Assembly: GCF_032191835.1 (NCBI RefSeq) | Contig: NC_083237.1 | Span: forward strand, 1,612,001 to 1,676,000 | DNA from: Heteronotia binoei | Taxonomy: Eukaryota | Direction: 5' to 3' | DNA: 64,000 bases | In this document: in pieces, positions 43,001 to 55,000 of the stretch | Position numbering within the stretch: the stretch's first letter is position 1 | Layout of the letters: the number at the start of each line of letters is the position of its first letter | Notes under the pieces: model-generated | What the model saw: only the letters and a program-made list of their open reading frames with translations | What the model was told of the DNA's origin: nothing | Database searches by the model: none | Translations under genes and position numbers: made by a program

Positions 43001-46000
43001 ATTCCAAAGTTCAGATATGCTGATGTTCATGAATTTGGATATTCAGATATCGGTCAGTTGTATGCCAGCCGGAAGAGGGTTGTCTTACAGGCCCTGCGGA
43101 ACTGTCTGAGATTCCGCAGGGCCCTCACCTCCTCCGGGAGCTGGTTCCACCAACAGGGAGCTGCAATCGAAAAGGCCCTGTCTCTGGTCGCTTTCAGATG
43201 GGCCTCCTTTGGCCCAGGGATTGTAAGGAGGTTCTGAGACCCCGATCTCAGCACTCTCTGGGGAACATGTGGGGAGAGACGGTCCCTAAGGTAGGCAGGT
43301 CCTAGACCATAAAGGGCTTTAAAGGTCATAACCAGCACCTTGTACTGAACTCGGTATGCTGTCGGCAGCCAATGCAGTCCCCGTGTTTGACGCCCCTGCT
43401 TTAGGGTCTCAGTGCTTCTGCTCAATCAGCTCAAGGTGGTTTTGTCAGCTGTATCAAGAGATCCTTTGTAAAGCCACTGCTGTAGCCCCCTGCTCAGACT
43501 GGGGGGGGGGGGGGGGGTCCCTGAAATGCAATCTCAACACTTGTGTCAGGTGACTGCAGTAGGGAAGTCGGCCTTATTCACACATAGGGACACATTAAGG
43601 TAGCGACAATCTCTGAACTACTTAGATTTGACTCCCAGCAGCGCCTTAAGAAAAATTTTGAGGTATTTATTTATTTATTTCGATTTATATCCCGCCCTAC
43701 CCCACCGAAGCGGGCTCAGGGCGGCTCACAACATAAAACTCTAACAGTAATGAACTGCTGAGAGTCAAAACTTCATCAGATACGAGTCAGAAGGGAGATT
43801 TGTGAGTATTTATATCTCACCTAGAAAGTGGGAAGCGGTGGTGCAAAGCAATGAGTTAGTGTGAGCCAGCTCAGTTTTTTAGCCTCCAGGCTCACACATT
43901 TGTGTCTTCGCTCAGGAAGGAGGGCCCCAGAGCACACTCATTGATGCCGCAGCCAAATCGCTCGCTCGCAACACTAATGCCAGTCGCTCACAAAGTAGAA
44001 TTTTTGCTCACAAGACGCCACAGCTTAGAGGGAACATTGGTGCAAATTGTGCGTATTGCAATCAGCCTGATTACAGCAGAGGGGAAATGCTGGGGGGGGG
44101 GGGAGAGAATCCTGACTACTGGCAGTAACACAAGCACCCCCCCCACACTCAAAAAAGAAGAAGCCCTGCAGAGCTTAGAAAAGCCAGAGGGAAGTCACTG
44201 GGCAGACCTGAAAAGTTTCAAGCTCACTGCAAGCCCAAAGGATGGGACATCAGCTCCTGCTCAAGAGACCCCCCCCCCCGGGTCTATCTCAGGGCAGTCT
44301 GGATTCCTTTTGCAGAGAAAACCACCAGAACAGATCTCCACACACAGGGCCCCCCGCCTCACCCTCAACGTGCCACCAGAAGGATACCCACCATCTGGAA
44401 AACCCCTTTCCATCCATCTCGGAAGTCCGGCCTGTTCTTCTTCTCTGCTTCAGCCTGCAGGTACCTGCAGATGTGCTGGGGGGAGGGAGGGGGGGGACAG
44501 ACACAGCAACAGCATTCAGGCTTCAAAGGCTTCCTGCCAGATATCAGAAACAATTCCCAGCTGGAGCAACGCCCCCCACCCCGGACTGCCTGCCTCTGGC
44601 CCCTTCCCTGCAGGGCCCATGCAAGCCCCCAGTCCACACACTCCCACGCCCTGTTCAATGCAGGATCCACCCAAAGCATCCTTGACCAGGGTTCCTCCAG
44701 CCACTGCTTGACAGCTGCCAGGGAGGGGGAACTCCCCACCCCCCAAGGGAGCTGGTTCCACTGCTGAACGACTCAGACTGGAAATCCCGCCCCCTAAACA
44801 TTGAAAACCCATTATTGTAAGCCGTACCTCTGCTTTTAATAGCAAGAGTTCCCTGCCCTCCTAAATTGTGATTTTAAAAGTTCTAGAAAATTCTGGCTCT
44901 ATGTACTTTCACATACTTCATTTTTTTTGTATTTTATTTATACTGCAAGCTACCTTGAGAGCTGTAAGGGGGGGGGGGAAGCAGGTAATAAATGATTTAA
45001 ATAAACACCTGTGTTCAGTCATAAGAACATAAGAGAAGCCATGTTGGATCAGGTCAATGGCCCATCCAGTCCAACACTCTTTGTCACATAAGAGAAGCCC
45101 TGTTGGATCAGGCCAATGGCCCCTCCAGTCCAACACTCTGTCACAGAAGAACATAAGAGAAGCCATGTTGGATCAGGCCAATGGCCCCTCCAGTCCAACA
45201 GTCTGTGTCACATAAGAACATAAGAGAAGCCAGGTTGGATCAGGCCAATGGCCCATCCAGTCCAACACTCTGTGTCACATAAGAACAGAAGAGAAGCCAT
45301 GTTGGATCAGGTCAATGGCCCATCCAGTCCAACACTCTGTGTCACATAAGAACAGAAGAGGAGCCATGTTGGATCAGGCCGATGGTCCATCCAGTCGAAC
45401 ACTCTGTGTCACATAAGAGAAGCCATGTTGGATCAGGCCAATGGCCCATCCAGTCCAGCACTCTGTGTCACATAAGAACAGAAGAGGAGCCATGTTGGAT
45501 CAGGCCAAAGGCCCATCCAGTCCAACACTCTTTGTCAGACAGTGGCCAATATGTGTGTGTGTGTATATATATATACACACACACACACTGTGTGTAATAG
45601 CCACTGATGGACCTCTGCTCCAATCCCCTCTTAAAGCTGGCTATGCTTGTAGCTGCCACCACCTCCTGTGGCAGTGAATTCCACGTTAATCACCCTTTGG
45701 GTGAAGAAGTACTTCCTTCTATCCGTTTTAACCCTACTGCTTAGCACTTTCATTGACTGCCCACAAGTTCTTGTATTGTGAGAAAGGGAGAAAAGTACTT
45801 CTTTCTCTACCTTCTCCATCCCATGCATAATCTTGTAAACCTCTCTCATGTCACCCTGCCCCTTGCTGCTTCCCAGGCAGCCGGCACTCCTCTGGCCCAA
45901 GCACAGTGGCTCTTTCAGCAGCCCAGGAAATACTTTTTTGAAAAGTGCTCATAAGCCCTGCTGGATCAGACCCATGGTCCGTGTAGTCCGGCATCCGGTC

Positions 46001-49000
46001 TCACAGCAGCCAACCAGTTCTGCCAGAGGTCCAACAACAGAGCCAAGGACTTCCCCTGAGGTTGCCTCTTGGCACTGAGATTCAGAGGTGTACTGCATCT
46101 AAACATGGAGATTCCCTTTAGTCACTGTGGCTACTAGGCCATGGACAGCCTCTCTCCCAGGAATCTGCCCAATCTCCCAGGAATCTGCCCATCTAGGTCT
46201 GTGGTCATCACGACAACCTCAGGAGGCAAATTCCACCTTTTAGTCCCTTTCTGTGTAAAGACGTATCTCCTTTTGCCTGTCCTGAATCTACTGCTCAGTT
46301 TTATTGGATGCCTTCAAGTTCTTGTACGATGGGAGAGGGAGAGAAAGCTCCTTCTCCACAGTTCCTCCATCCTGTGTGTAATTCTATGGCCCTCTATCAC
46401 ACCCCCCCCCCTTGTCTTTTGTCTGAACTGAGAACTCCCAGGCTCTTCATGCTTCCCTCACAATGTCTCTTCTCTCTAAAAGATTCATCCACAGTGAAAA
46501 CCAGGGGTGGCCGAACTCGCTTAATGTAAGAGCCACATAGAATAAACGTCAGAAGTCTGAGAGCCGCAAGACATGAACGTCAGATGTTTGAAAGCCACAA
46601 GACAGGAAGGAAGGAAATATGGAAAGAAAACAAATAGATGGGAGGAGGGAGGGAGAGGTGGAGAGAGAGCAACTTTAAGTGTATTCTCTAAGCCGCCAGC
46701 TGGCACGGCAAAGCTATTGAAAGAGACACATGCCTTCTCCAAGCCAAATGATGGGGTGGTGGGGGCTTTGAGAGCCGCACAATATGAGTGAAAGAGACAC
46801 AGAGACACAGTTTGACCACCCCTGGTGAAAACGGATGCTGGCTACCAAACTGGGTCCTCTGCCTCGGGTAGCCTCCCTGGGTTCTCACAAAGCATTCTGG
46901 GCGGGGGTTTATGGAAGACCAGTTTCAAAGTAGGGTGAAAGTGCAGCCGCACTGCCTTTACCTTGGGACACCGCCGGTTGAGGGTGCGCTGGGAATCCAA
47001 GTAGGTGATCTTTTTCTTCTTCACTTCCACGCAGATCAAAGACCAGTGAACCTCCAGGTGGATTGGGATGAGAAGCAGCTCCTTGTTGAAGATGTCCACC
47101 TGCGGGGTGGGGGGTGGGCGGGGCACCATACAGACTGAGCAGCCTCCTTCCAAAGGCCCCTGGAGACTCTAGTTTCTAGTGCTGGTAGGAGGAAACTTCA
47201 CCCTCCCAAACCCCCAGAGACCGAGGGAGAGCAGACTGAGAAAGAGCTGTGGGCGGGGGGGAAAAGACGGCAGTGCCCCCTGGGCACAAGGAGGGCTCTT
47301 CGCACCAGTTCCCTGAATGTCTGGGGATCACAGTTCAGAGTGGCAAGACTAGGCCAGACCCCAGCATCTCCCCGGCCTGGAAGTGAAACGCTGAAGTTTC
47401 CTGCTGATGCCTCCACAGCAACTCCTACTGAGTGCCCATACCAACTGCAGACCCCAACGCACCCGAAAGATGGGCTCTTGGCCACAACTCACGTTTTTGG
47501 TCCAGCGTTTAACTCCCTCGTACCCCTTGGTTCGTAGCTTATCGTAGAAAAAACTGTTGAAGAAATGAACCTGATGGGGGGGGGAAATGAACAGTTTTGG
47601 CTCAGCGAAGGGAAGGGAAGCTGCCCTCGTTGCGCTTGGAGGCAGAGAGGGGCCGGGGGGGGGGGCGGGGCAAAGGAACTGGAAGGGACCTCCATGATTC
47701 ACATGCAGGCGGAGTGGCCAATTACTTCCGGTAATGTCAGAAGATCATAAAATTGGAGCGAGTCCCCCAGAAGAGAATGATCAAGGATGACAGCTGGTTT
47801 CACCAACTAGCTGAACAACGCACCCCCCCCCCCCAAAATAAAACAACTTGATATAGAGCTACTTAGGGCAGGGTCCCAAATTCCACTGAGCCTTTGGCCA
47901 CTTCGAGAATTCTGAGGACTTCACCACCAAATGGTTGCCAGGGGTCTGGGACAGATAATACACGACAGCCACGGGGGATTCGGAGGACAATCTCAAAATG
48001 CCAGGCAGCTGCAAGCTAAGCTACAGAGGCAAACATGGTGCCCTTCTTCCTGGGTTTTTCTGAAGTATGTTCTGCTCCCATAACGTGGAAGACAATCAAG
48101 ATGGGCCGTTTACATTGGGGGGGAAAGCAAATGGTTGGTAGGAAACCTATGAATGGGCACAGCAAAGGCAGTGGGAGCTTTCCCATATGGGGCCTACCGA
48201 AACATCCCAGCCTCCGGGATTCTTGCCACCCCCCCTCCCACCCCCCCCTTGGCCAGCACACTTCCCACCGGCAGCTCACCTTCTCTGGCACTGTGTCCAT
48301 GACAAGGTCCCCATACATGTTCATGACCTGCCCAGAGATGGGAGGAAATTAGGTGGCTGCATTAGATTTCTGTCCACAACAATCTCAAGAGAGTCATAAG
48401 CACAGCTGCTCCCCTTCACCAAGATGGGGCCAAAAGACGTTGGGGTCAGAAATGCCCCTCGTTGAAAACATCAAAACCCCACAAAAAACGTAAATGGGGT
48501 CAAACTGACCCTACCATTTTTAAAGCAGAAGACACAGCTGGGAATCTATAAAACCGTTTTATTTTTAAGAAAGCAATCATTGTGACTTTCCATCCCCACC
48601 CCCCAAATATGTAAAGCTGAGAAGGCAGCTCAGAGGTTTGGAAAATTTGAAGCTGAACAGTTCAGTGCACAGGTGGGCTAGGGGTTATCTAGAGTAACTC
48701 CTCCCTGTAAAGTAGAGATGATTAAATCAGAGGTTTGGAAAATCTGAAGGACAAAGGGAACCAATCAGCTCAATGAACAGGCGGCTGGGGTACTCTAGAG
48801 CACTTCCCCCCCCCCATGTAAAGCTGAGAAGGTCACTCTGAGGTTTGCAAAATTTAAAAGACAAAGGGAAGCAATTAGCTCAGGAGGGGGAGGAGTCTCC
48901 ATCAATGGAGAAAATAGAGGTTTTGCTCTGCAGCTTCTGTGCGATTGAGCAAGCCTGGCAAAGCAAGCTGTGATGCAGAAGGAAACAAGACAGAGGGAGA

Positions 49001-52000
49001 AGTAAGCAGGCAACAGCCAGTTGCTCGAGGGCCTGATAGGAGCCCTCTGGGGGCCACATTTGGCCCCTGGGCTGCATGTTTGACACCCCTGGGTTAAGGA
49101 GATTTTAAAACAAAGCAATAGAAAAGCAGAGATTAAAAAGCTGGAATGCTCTATAAAGCCAATTTCTGGAGAGGTCAATCAAATTAATAATAAAATGGCT
49201 CCTTCCAACTCTTATCATTCTAGAAGAACAAATGAAATTGATGAATAAAACTGATTTTAAGATGGAGAAGAACGTAAGGTATTTGGGTATTACACTGACA
49301 ACTATGAATTGTATGTTATTTCAAAATCACTGCATTAAGACAGGGAAGAAGATACATCAAGATGGGGAAACGCGCAGCTGTCTTTGTTGGAGAGAATGGG
49401 TGCTGCTGAGAAACACGAAGTTTTTGTGGGAGTCAGAAGGTCACAATTTGAGATTTTGTTTGGCACAGATATTTGTGGTATAAAGTTAAGGGTAATGTGG
49501 ATTTTAAAAATTATATAAAACGTGCCGTCCTGAGAATATGGAATATAAACTTAGGCTTTGTCTGTAAACACCTTTATGGCTTTCTACACAGCACGCATTT
49601 TATAGATGAGAAATAACTAAGCATAATATATTGTGACATATTAAGACTTTTCTCAAGGGAAATAGAAAATGAAACTAAAAAGCCCAGCAGGAACTCATTT
49701 GCATAAAAGGCCACACACCCTTGATGCCAAGACAGATGGGATTGCATTCCTGCTCAAAAAAGGCCTGCCAAAATATATTAACTTTTGTTGAAATTTGAAC
49801 TAGAAGGAGAATGTGTGAAAGAGTCTATGATAAAATGAGCAAAAACTTTGGACATAATATAGAAATGAAACAATGGGAAAACATGGGGAGGAAGGGCCTC
49901 AAATTTATGTTAAGCTTAACATAAATTTGAGGCCCTTCCACCTCTTTCAGACGAGGTTAAAGAGAATTTTGATAAAATGATGTAGAAGAAGATATTGGAT
50001 TTATATCCCGCCCTCCACTCCGAAGAGTCTCAGAGTGGCTCACAATCTCCTTTATCTTCCTCCCCGACAACAGACACCCTGTGAGGTGGGTGGGGCTGGA
50101 GAGGGCTCTCACAGCAGCTGCCCGTTCAAGGACAACCTCTGCCAGAGCTATGGCTGACCCAAGGCCATGCCAGCAGGTGCAAGTGGAGGAGTGGGGAATC
50201 AAACCCGTTTCTCCCAGATAAGAGTCTGCACACTTAACCACTACACCAACTGGCTCTACACCAATGGTATATGGTATGGTCACCAGAGAAATCACCTAGA
50301 GTGTATAAAAATATCTCAAATATAAGCTTGAAATGTGAACAAAATGAAGGGTTTTTTTTATCATTTATGGTGGACATATAACAAGGCTTAAAAAAAATCT
50401 GGACATAAATATACTCTAATTCAGAAGATTCTAAAGAGGCTCCCCCTTTGGGACTAACAGACAGACAGCTAGAAAAAAAATCATGGCGCTTTCTTTTTAC
50501 AGATGACAGCAGCAAGGCTAATATATGTACAAAAATGGAAGAATTCGACGTTACCCACTACAAAGGAATTTTTGGTGAAAACCATGAAACTTACAGAGAT
50601 GGCTACACTTACTTCCTTGGTTAGAGAAAAGACATTTATCTCTAACTGGAAACCCTTTATAGACTTTTTGCAGGAACCAATGAGACATGGATTTGAGGAT
50701 TAAGGGTGACAAAAAGATTAGCGGATAGGTGAAAAAAAGAGAAACTTATTTCTTTGGTACTAAGAGAGTAATTGTTGTTCATGTTTGTTGTGGAGAAAAG
50801 CAGAAGTCACTTCTTTATATTTTTTTCCCCTGTTCGTCTTGCTTTACTTTTTAGTTCTGTGATTTCTTGTTTCTTAATATTTCCATCTCTTGAGTTCACA
50901 TAGGAGATGGTGATCACTTTGGGAACGGCCCAATTCGCAGTTTCAGCTCTTTGCTACTACACTTTCCTACTGCACGACCCCCTCCCACCACGTCCGAATC
51001 CTGTGCCATACCCACACACATATACAACCCCCCCCCCCGGGGCATTTTGTTTCTTTCCCGTTGAAAGCGACCCTTCCTCACCCTCCCTGCTCGCTCACAG
51101 TACCTGATCGTTGAGCCAATTCGGCCCATAGAGTGTCTGTAGATCGTCCATAGTGAGGACGTGACGCTTATAGGTGACCCGGAACGTCCGCAGCACAGCG
51201 TTGCCCGGCATCCGCTGATAGGACTGAATCAGCTGGTGGACCATGGCTTTCCTGTAGGGTCCAGAGGGGAGAGGCACAAGGTCTTACACACTTACATGAG
51301 CCTCGGTGTGCCAGAGAAGAGACCCAACCAGCCCCAGGCACTGCTGCCAGGAGAGCAGGCCATGGAAGTGACGGCTTTCCGTTCTTGGAATTTAGAAGGC
51401 GTGAACCCCTGAACACAGGGGCATCATCTCTCTCACAGGAGTAGGAGGAGCTCTTTTCTACGGAAGACTCAGGAAGTCCCTCAAGCATAACCTAAGAATA
51501 CAAATCTGGTGCTTAAAAGGTGACATTCTGTATGTCTTTGGCATGCACACGCACATCCGTGAAGCTTACACAAGAAGCTGCCTTATACCGAATCAGACCA
51601 CCAGGGTCAGTATTGTCTACTCAGATTGGCAGCAGCTCTCCACGGTCTCATGTTACTGTGGTCACCTACTTACTGCCTGGTCCTTTTAACTGGAGGTGCC
51701 TGAGACCCTGTGCATACTAAACAGATGATCTGGCACACATGATAAACAGATGATCCTGTGGAAGGATCTTGGGAAGGGACGGTGGCTCAGTGATAGAGCA
51801 TCTGCTTGGTAAGCAGAAGGTCCCAGGTTCAATCCCCGGCATCTCCAACTAAAAAGGGTCCAGGGAAGTAGGCGTGAAAAACCTCAGCTTGAGGCCCTGA
51901 AGAGCTGCTGCCAGTCTGAGTAGACAAGACTGACTTTGATGGACCAAAGAGGGTCTGATTCAGTAGAGGCAGCTTCATATGTTCATATTAGGGGAGGGAG

Positions 52001-55000
52001 GGTGGCTCAGTGGTAGAGCCTGTGCTTGGTAAGCAGAAGGTCCCAGGTTCAATCCCCGGCATCTCCAACTAAAAAGGGTCCAGGCAAGTAGGCGTGAATA
52101 ACCTCAGCTTGAGACCCTGGAGAAAGAGCTGCTGCCAGTCTGAGTAGACAATACTGATACCAAGGGCCTGATTCAGGATAAGGCAGCTTCATATGTTCAT
52201 AAGGAATGAAGGCAACTTTAAGGGAGGGATGGTGGCTCAGTGGTAGAGCATCTGCTTGGGAAGCAGAAGGTCCCAGGTTCAATCTCTGGCATCTCCAACT
52301 AAAAAGGGTCTAGACAGGTGGGCGTGAAACACCTCAGCTTGAGGCCCTGAAGAGCTGCTGCCAGTCTGAGTAGACAAGACTGACTTTGATGGACCAAAGA
52401 GGGTCTGATTCAGTAGAGGCAGCTTCATATGTTCATATTAGGGGAGGGAGGGTGGCTCAGTGGTAGAGCCTGTGCTTGGTAAGCAGAAGGTCCCAGGTTC
52501 AATCCCCGGCATCTCCAACTAAAAAGGGTCCAGGCAAGTAGGCGTGAAAAACCTCAGCTTGAGACCCTGGAGAAAGAGCTACTGCCAGTCTGAGTAGACA
52601 AGACTGATACCAAGGGCCTGATTCAGGATAAGGCAGCTTCATATGTTCATAGATGCCCTGCTGCTGAGCTGTGGCCCTCCCCTACGCAGCTCTGAAACAT
52701 TTAACTCACAGATCTGAAGTATTTCTCCAGCACTGTGTTACAGTTCTAGGTTGCAGTAAAGCTTCCTGGCCATTAAAGGCAGCACAGGCAAGAAAGGATG
52801 ACTTGACTTCTTGTGGTCTTCCGTGGCTGCAACTCACCAGGGATACCTCCTCTCCCACAGTCACCAATGTAGGGGATGGCACTCCCCCCCTCCTTGCCGG
52901 CCCCCCAGGCAGGAACAGCTTCACCAGTCCTGGGGACCCAGCAACAGAGACTGGACAAGGCGATTCCTGTGCTCCCAAACTGATACTGGAGGGGAAGGGG
53001 AGAGGGGAAGAGAGGAGTCACACCTCTGAGGCGTGGAGAACTCTTGCTGAAAGATGTCCTCCAGCTTCTCCACCACTTCATCCGTGCTGATGGGAATGAG
53101 GCTGCCGTATGTCTGCACGAATTCATCCAGGATGTCTGGGAGGAAGGACAGGAGGAAACGACTGAGGCCAGGCAAGTCTCTCCATCAGGTGAGAACAAGC
53201 AGGGTGGGCTGAGAGAAGAGATGCAACAAAGGGGCACAGAGCAGTCCTAATGCTGAAGGATCACACACCTAAGGCAGGCGGAACTCTCAGAAGGAAGAGT
53301 GGAGGACAAGCAACTCAGACATCACTAAACCCCTGTGAAGTGGGTGGGGCTGAGAGGGGTCCTACAGCAGCTGCCCTTTCAAGGACAACACTTACGAGAG
53401 CTATGGCTGACCTCAAGGCCATTCCAGCAGCTGCAAGTGGAGGAGTGGGGGAATCAAACCTGGTTTTCCCAGATAAGAGTCTGCACACTTAACCACTACA
53501 CCAAACTGACTCTCCAATCTTGGATTGTTTGGCTGCAGAAGAGGACTGCAGCACCCAAGATGAGACAGTAACCTCTTCAAACAAAACCAATATTTTCTAA
53601 GCTATGTTTGCAGCTTCACTGAAACTGGCTCAGTTCCCACAAACAGTTCTTCACTTGTGTTTTTTGGTAATGATTTCAGATGCCTTTTCTCCCCTGTGAG
53701 AGGGCTGGGCAACAAGAGGCTAGACTGAGACTGGCCTTTGGAGAACCTGCACCCCCAGGAGACCACCAGCATCCCCCCCCCCACCCGTCTTACTTTGCAC
53801 GCAGGTCAGGTGTTCCTCCCTCAGCGGGCTGCGCTGAGCTGCCTTCTCGTCCAGCTGCTCAAGGCCACTCTCCATGGCTAGCTCTGCCTGCTGGCTCCCT
53901 GCTTCTAGCCTGAGGCCGGAGGGATCAGCCGCCCCGTCCTTGTCTCGGGGGTCGTGGAAGAGCTCCTCAGCCACATGGCCTCCGATGCTACAAACGTTGC
54001 TGATGAGGATGGTGGCATCTGCGACTACAGGGAGGGAGCACATGTCGCCATCGGGAGTGAGGGAGGCAAAGCCGTTGGGAAGGCCGTCCAGGGGGCCTAT
54101 GGGGAGAGAGGGCTTGTCAGGAGACTGAAGGTCTGACAACCACCAGGCCAAAATTTGAGTCCCGGGGCACCTTTAAGAGCATCAGAGTTTAATTTGGGAT
54201 ATAAGCTTTCGTGGGCGTCTTTGTTGGTCTTAAAGGTGCCCCTGAACCCAAACTTTGTTCTGCTGCTTCAGACCAACACGGTGGTCCACCTGAAACATCA
54301 GACGAAATATGGGATTTTATTAATGTAGAACACTAATCAGCTGCCCTTCTTCCATACAGTGCTTACAATACAGGTAAAACAGATCACATAAAATTCCACA
54401 CTACCAACATTTAAAACTGCAACATGAGATAGTTTTAATCAAATGCAGTTCTAAAAAAACGAAAAGCGAGGAGGCCAGGCCCACCTCACTGGGGATGCTG
54501 TACCACCCCTGTGGGGCTGCCACTGAAAAGGCCCCCTCTCTTGTACATGCCACACGAGCTTTTCTGACTGAGGGGACAGTCCCTCTCCCTGGGATCTCAA
54601 TTCCTTGGCAGGAATAAGTCAGAGAAGATATCCCGGCCCCAAGCCCTGTGGGGCTTTAAAGGTCAAAACGAACACCTTGAATTGGGCTCATAACAGCCAC
54701 CATGCTGGGGTCCCAGGACCCCAACAGCTGGGCCGAGCAGCAGTCCCGTTAAAGCGCTCTGCGGTAGCTGCAGCTTCCAAACCCTCTTCAAGGGCAGAGT
54801 GAATTGCAATAGTCATCTACTGGATGGCTCTCCGAACCTGCCTGGGGCAGCTCACAACCATCAAACAAAACTGACTCCGCATAAAAAAAAACCCTTAAAA
54901 AACCAAGTAAGTAATAAGGAAAATTGTTTTTTATACCCCACTCATTGAGCCCCGTGGCGGAGAGTGTTAAAGCCGCAGTACTGCAGTCTGAACTCTCTGC

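Noticed and set aside
43902-44711. 269-aa minus-strand ORF spanning SENP3 exon 9
   Set aside because: Mosaic of intron, an out-of-frame SENP3 exon and MITE sequence; no homology recognised.
51773-51850. tRNA-like cloverleaf (anticodon GGT) and similar heads elsewhere
   Set aside because: Always followed by the same SINE body and present in multiple diverged copies; these are SINE heads, not tRNA genes.
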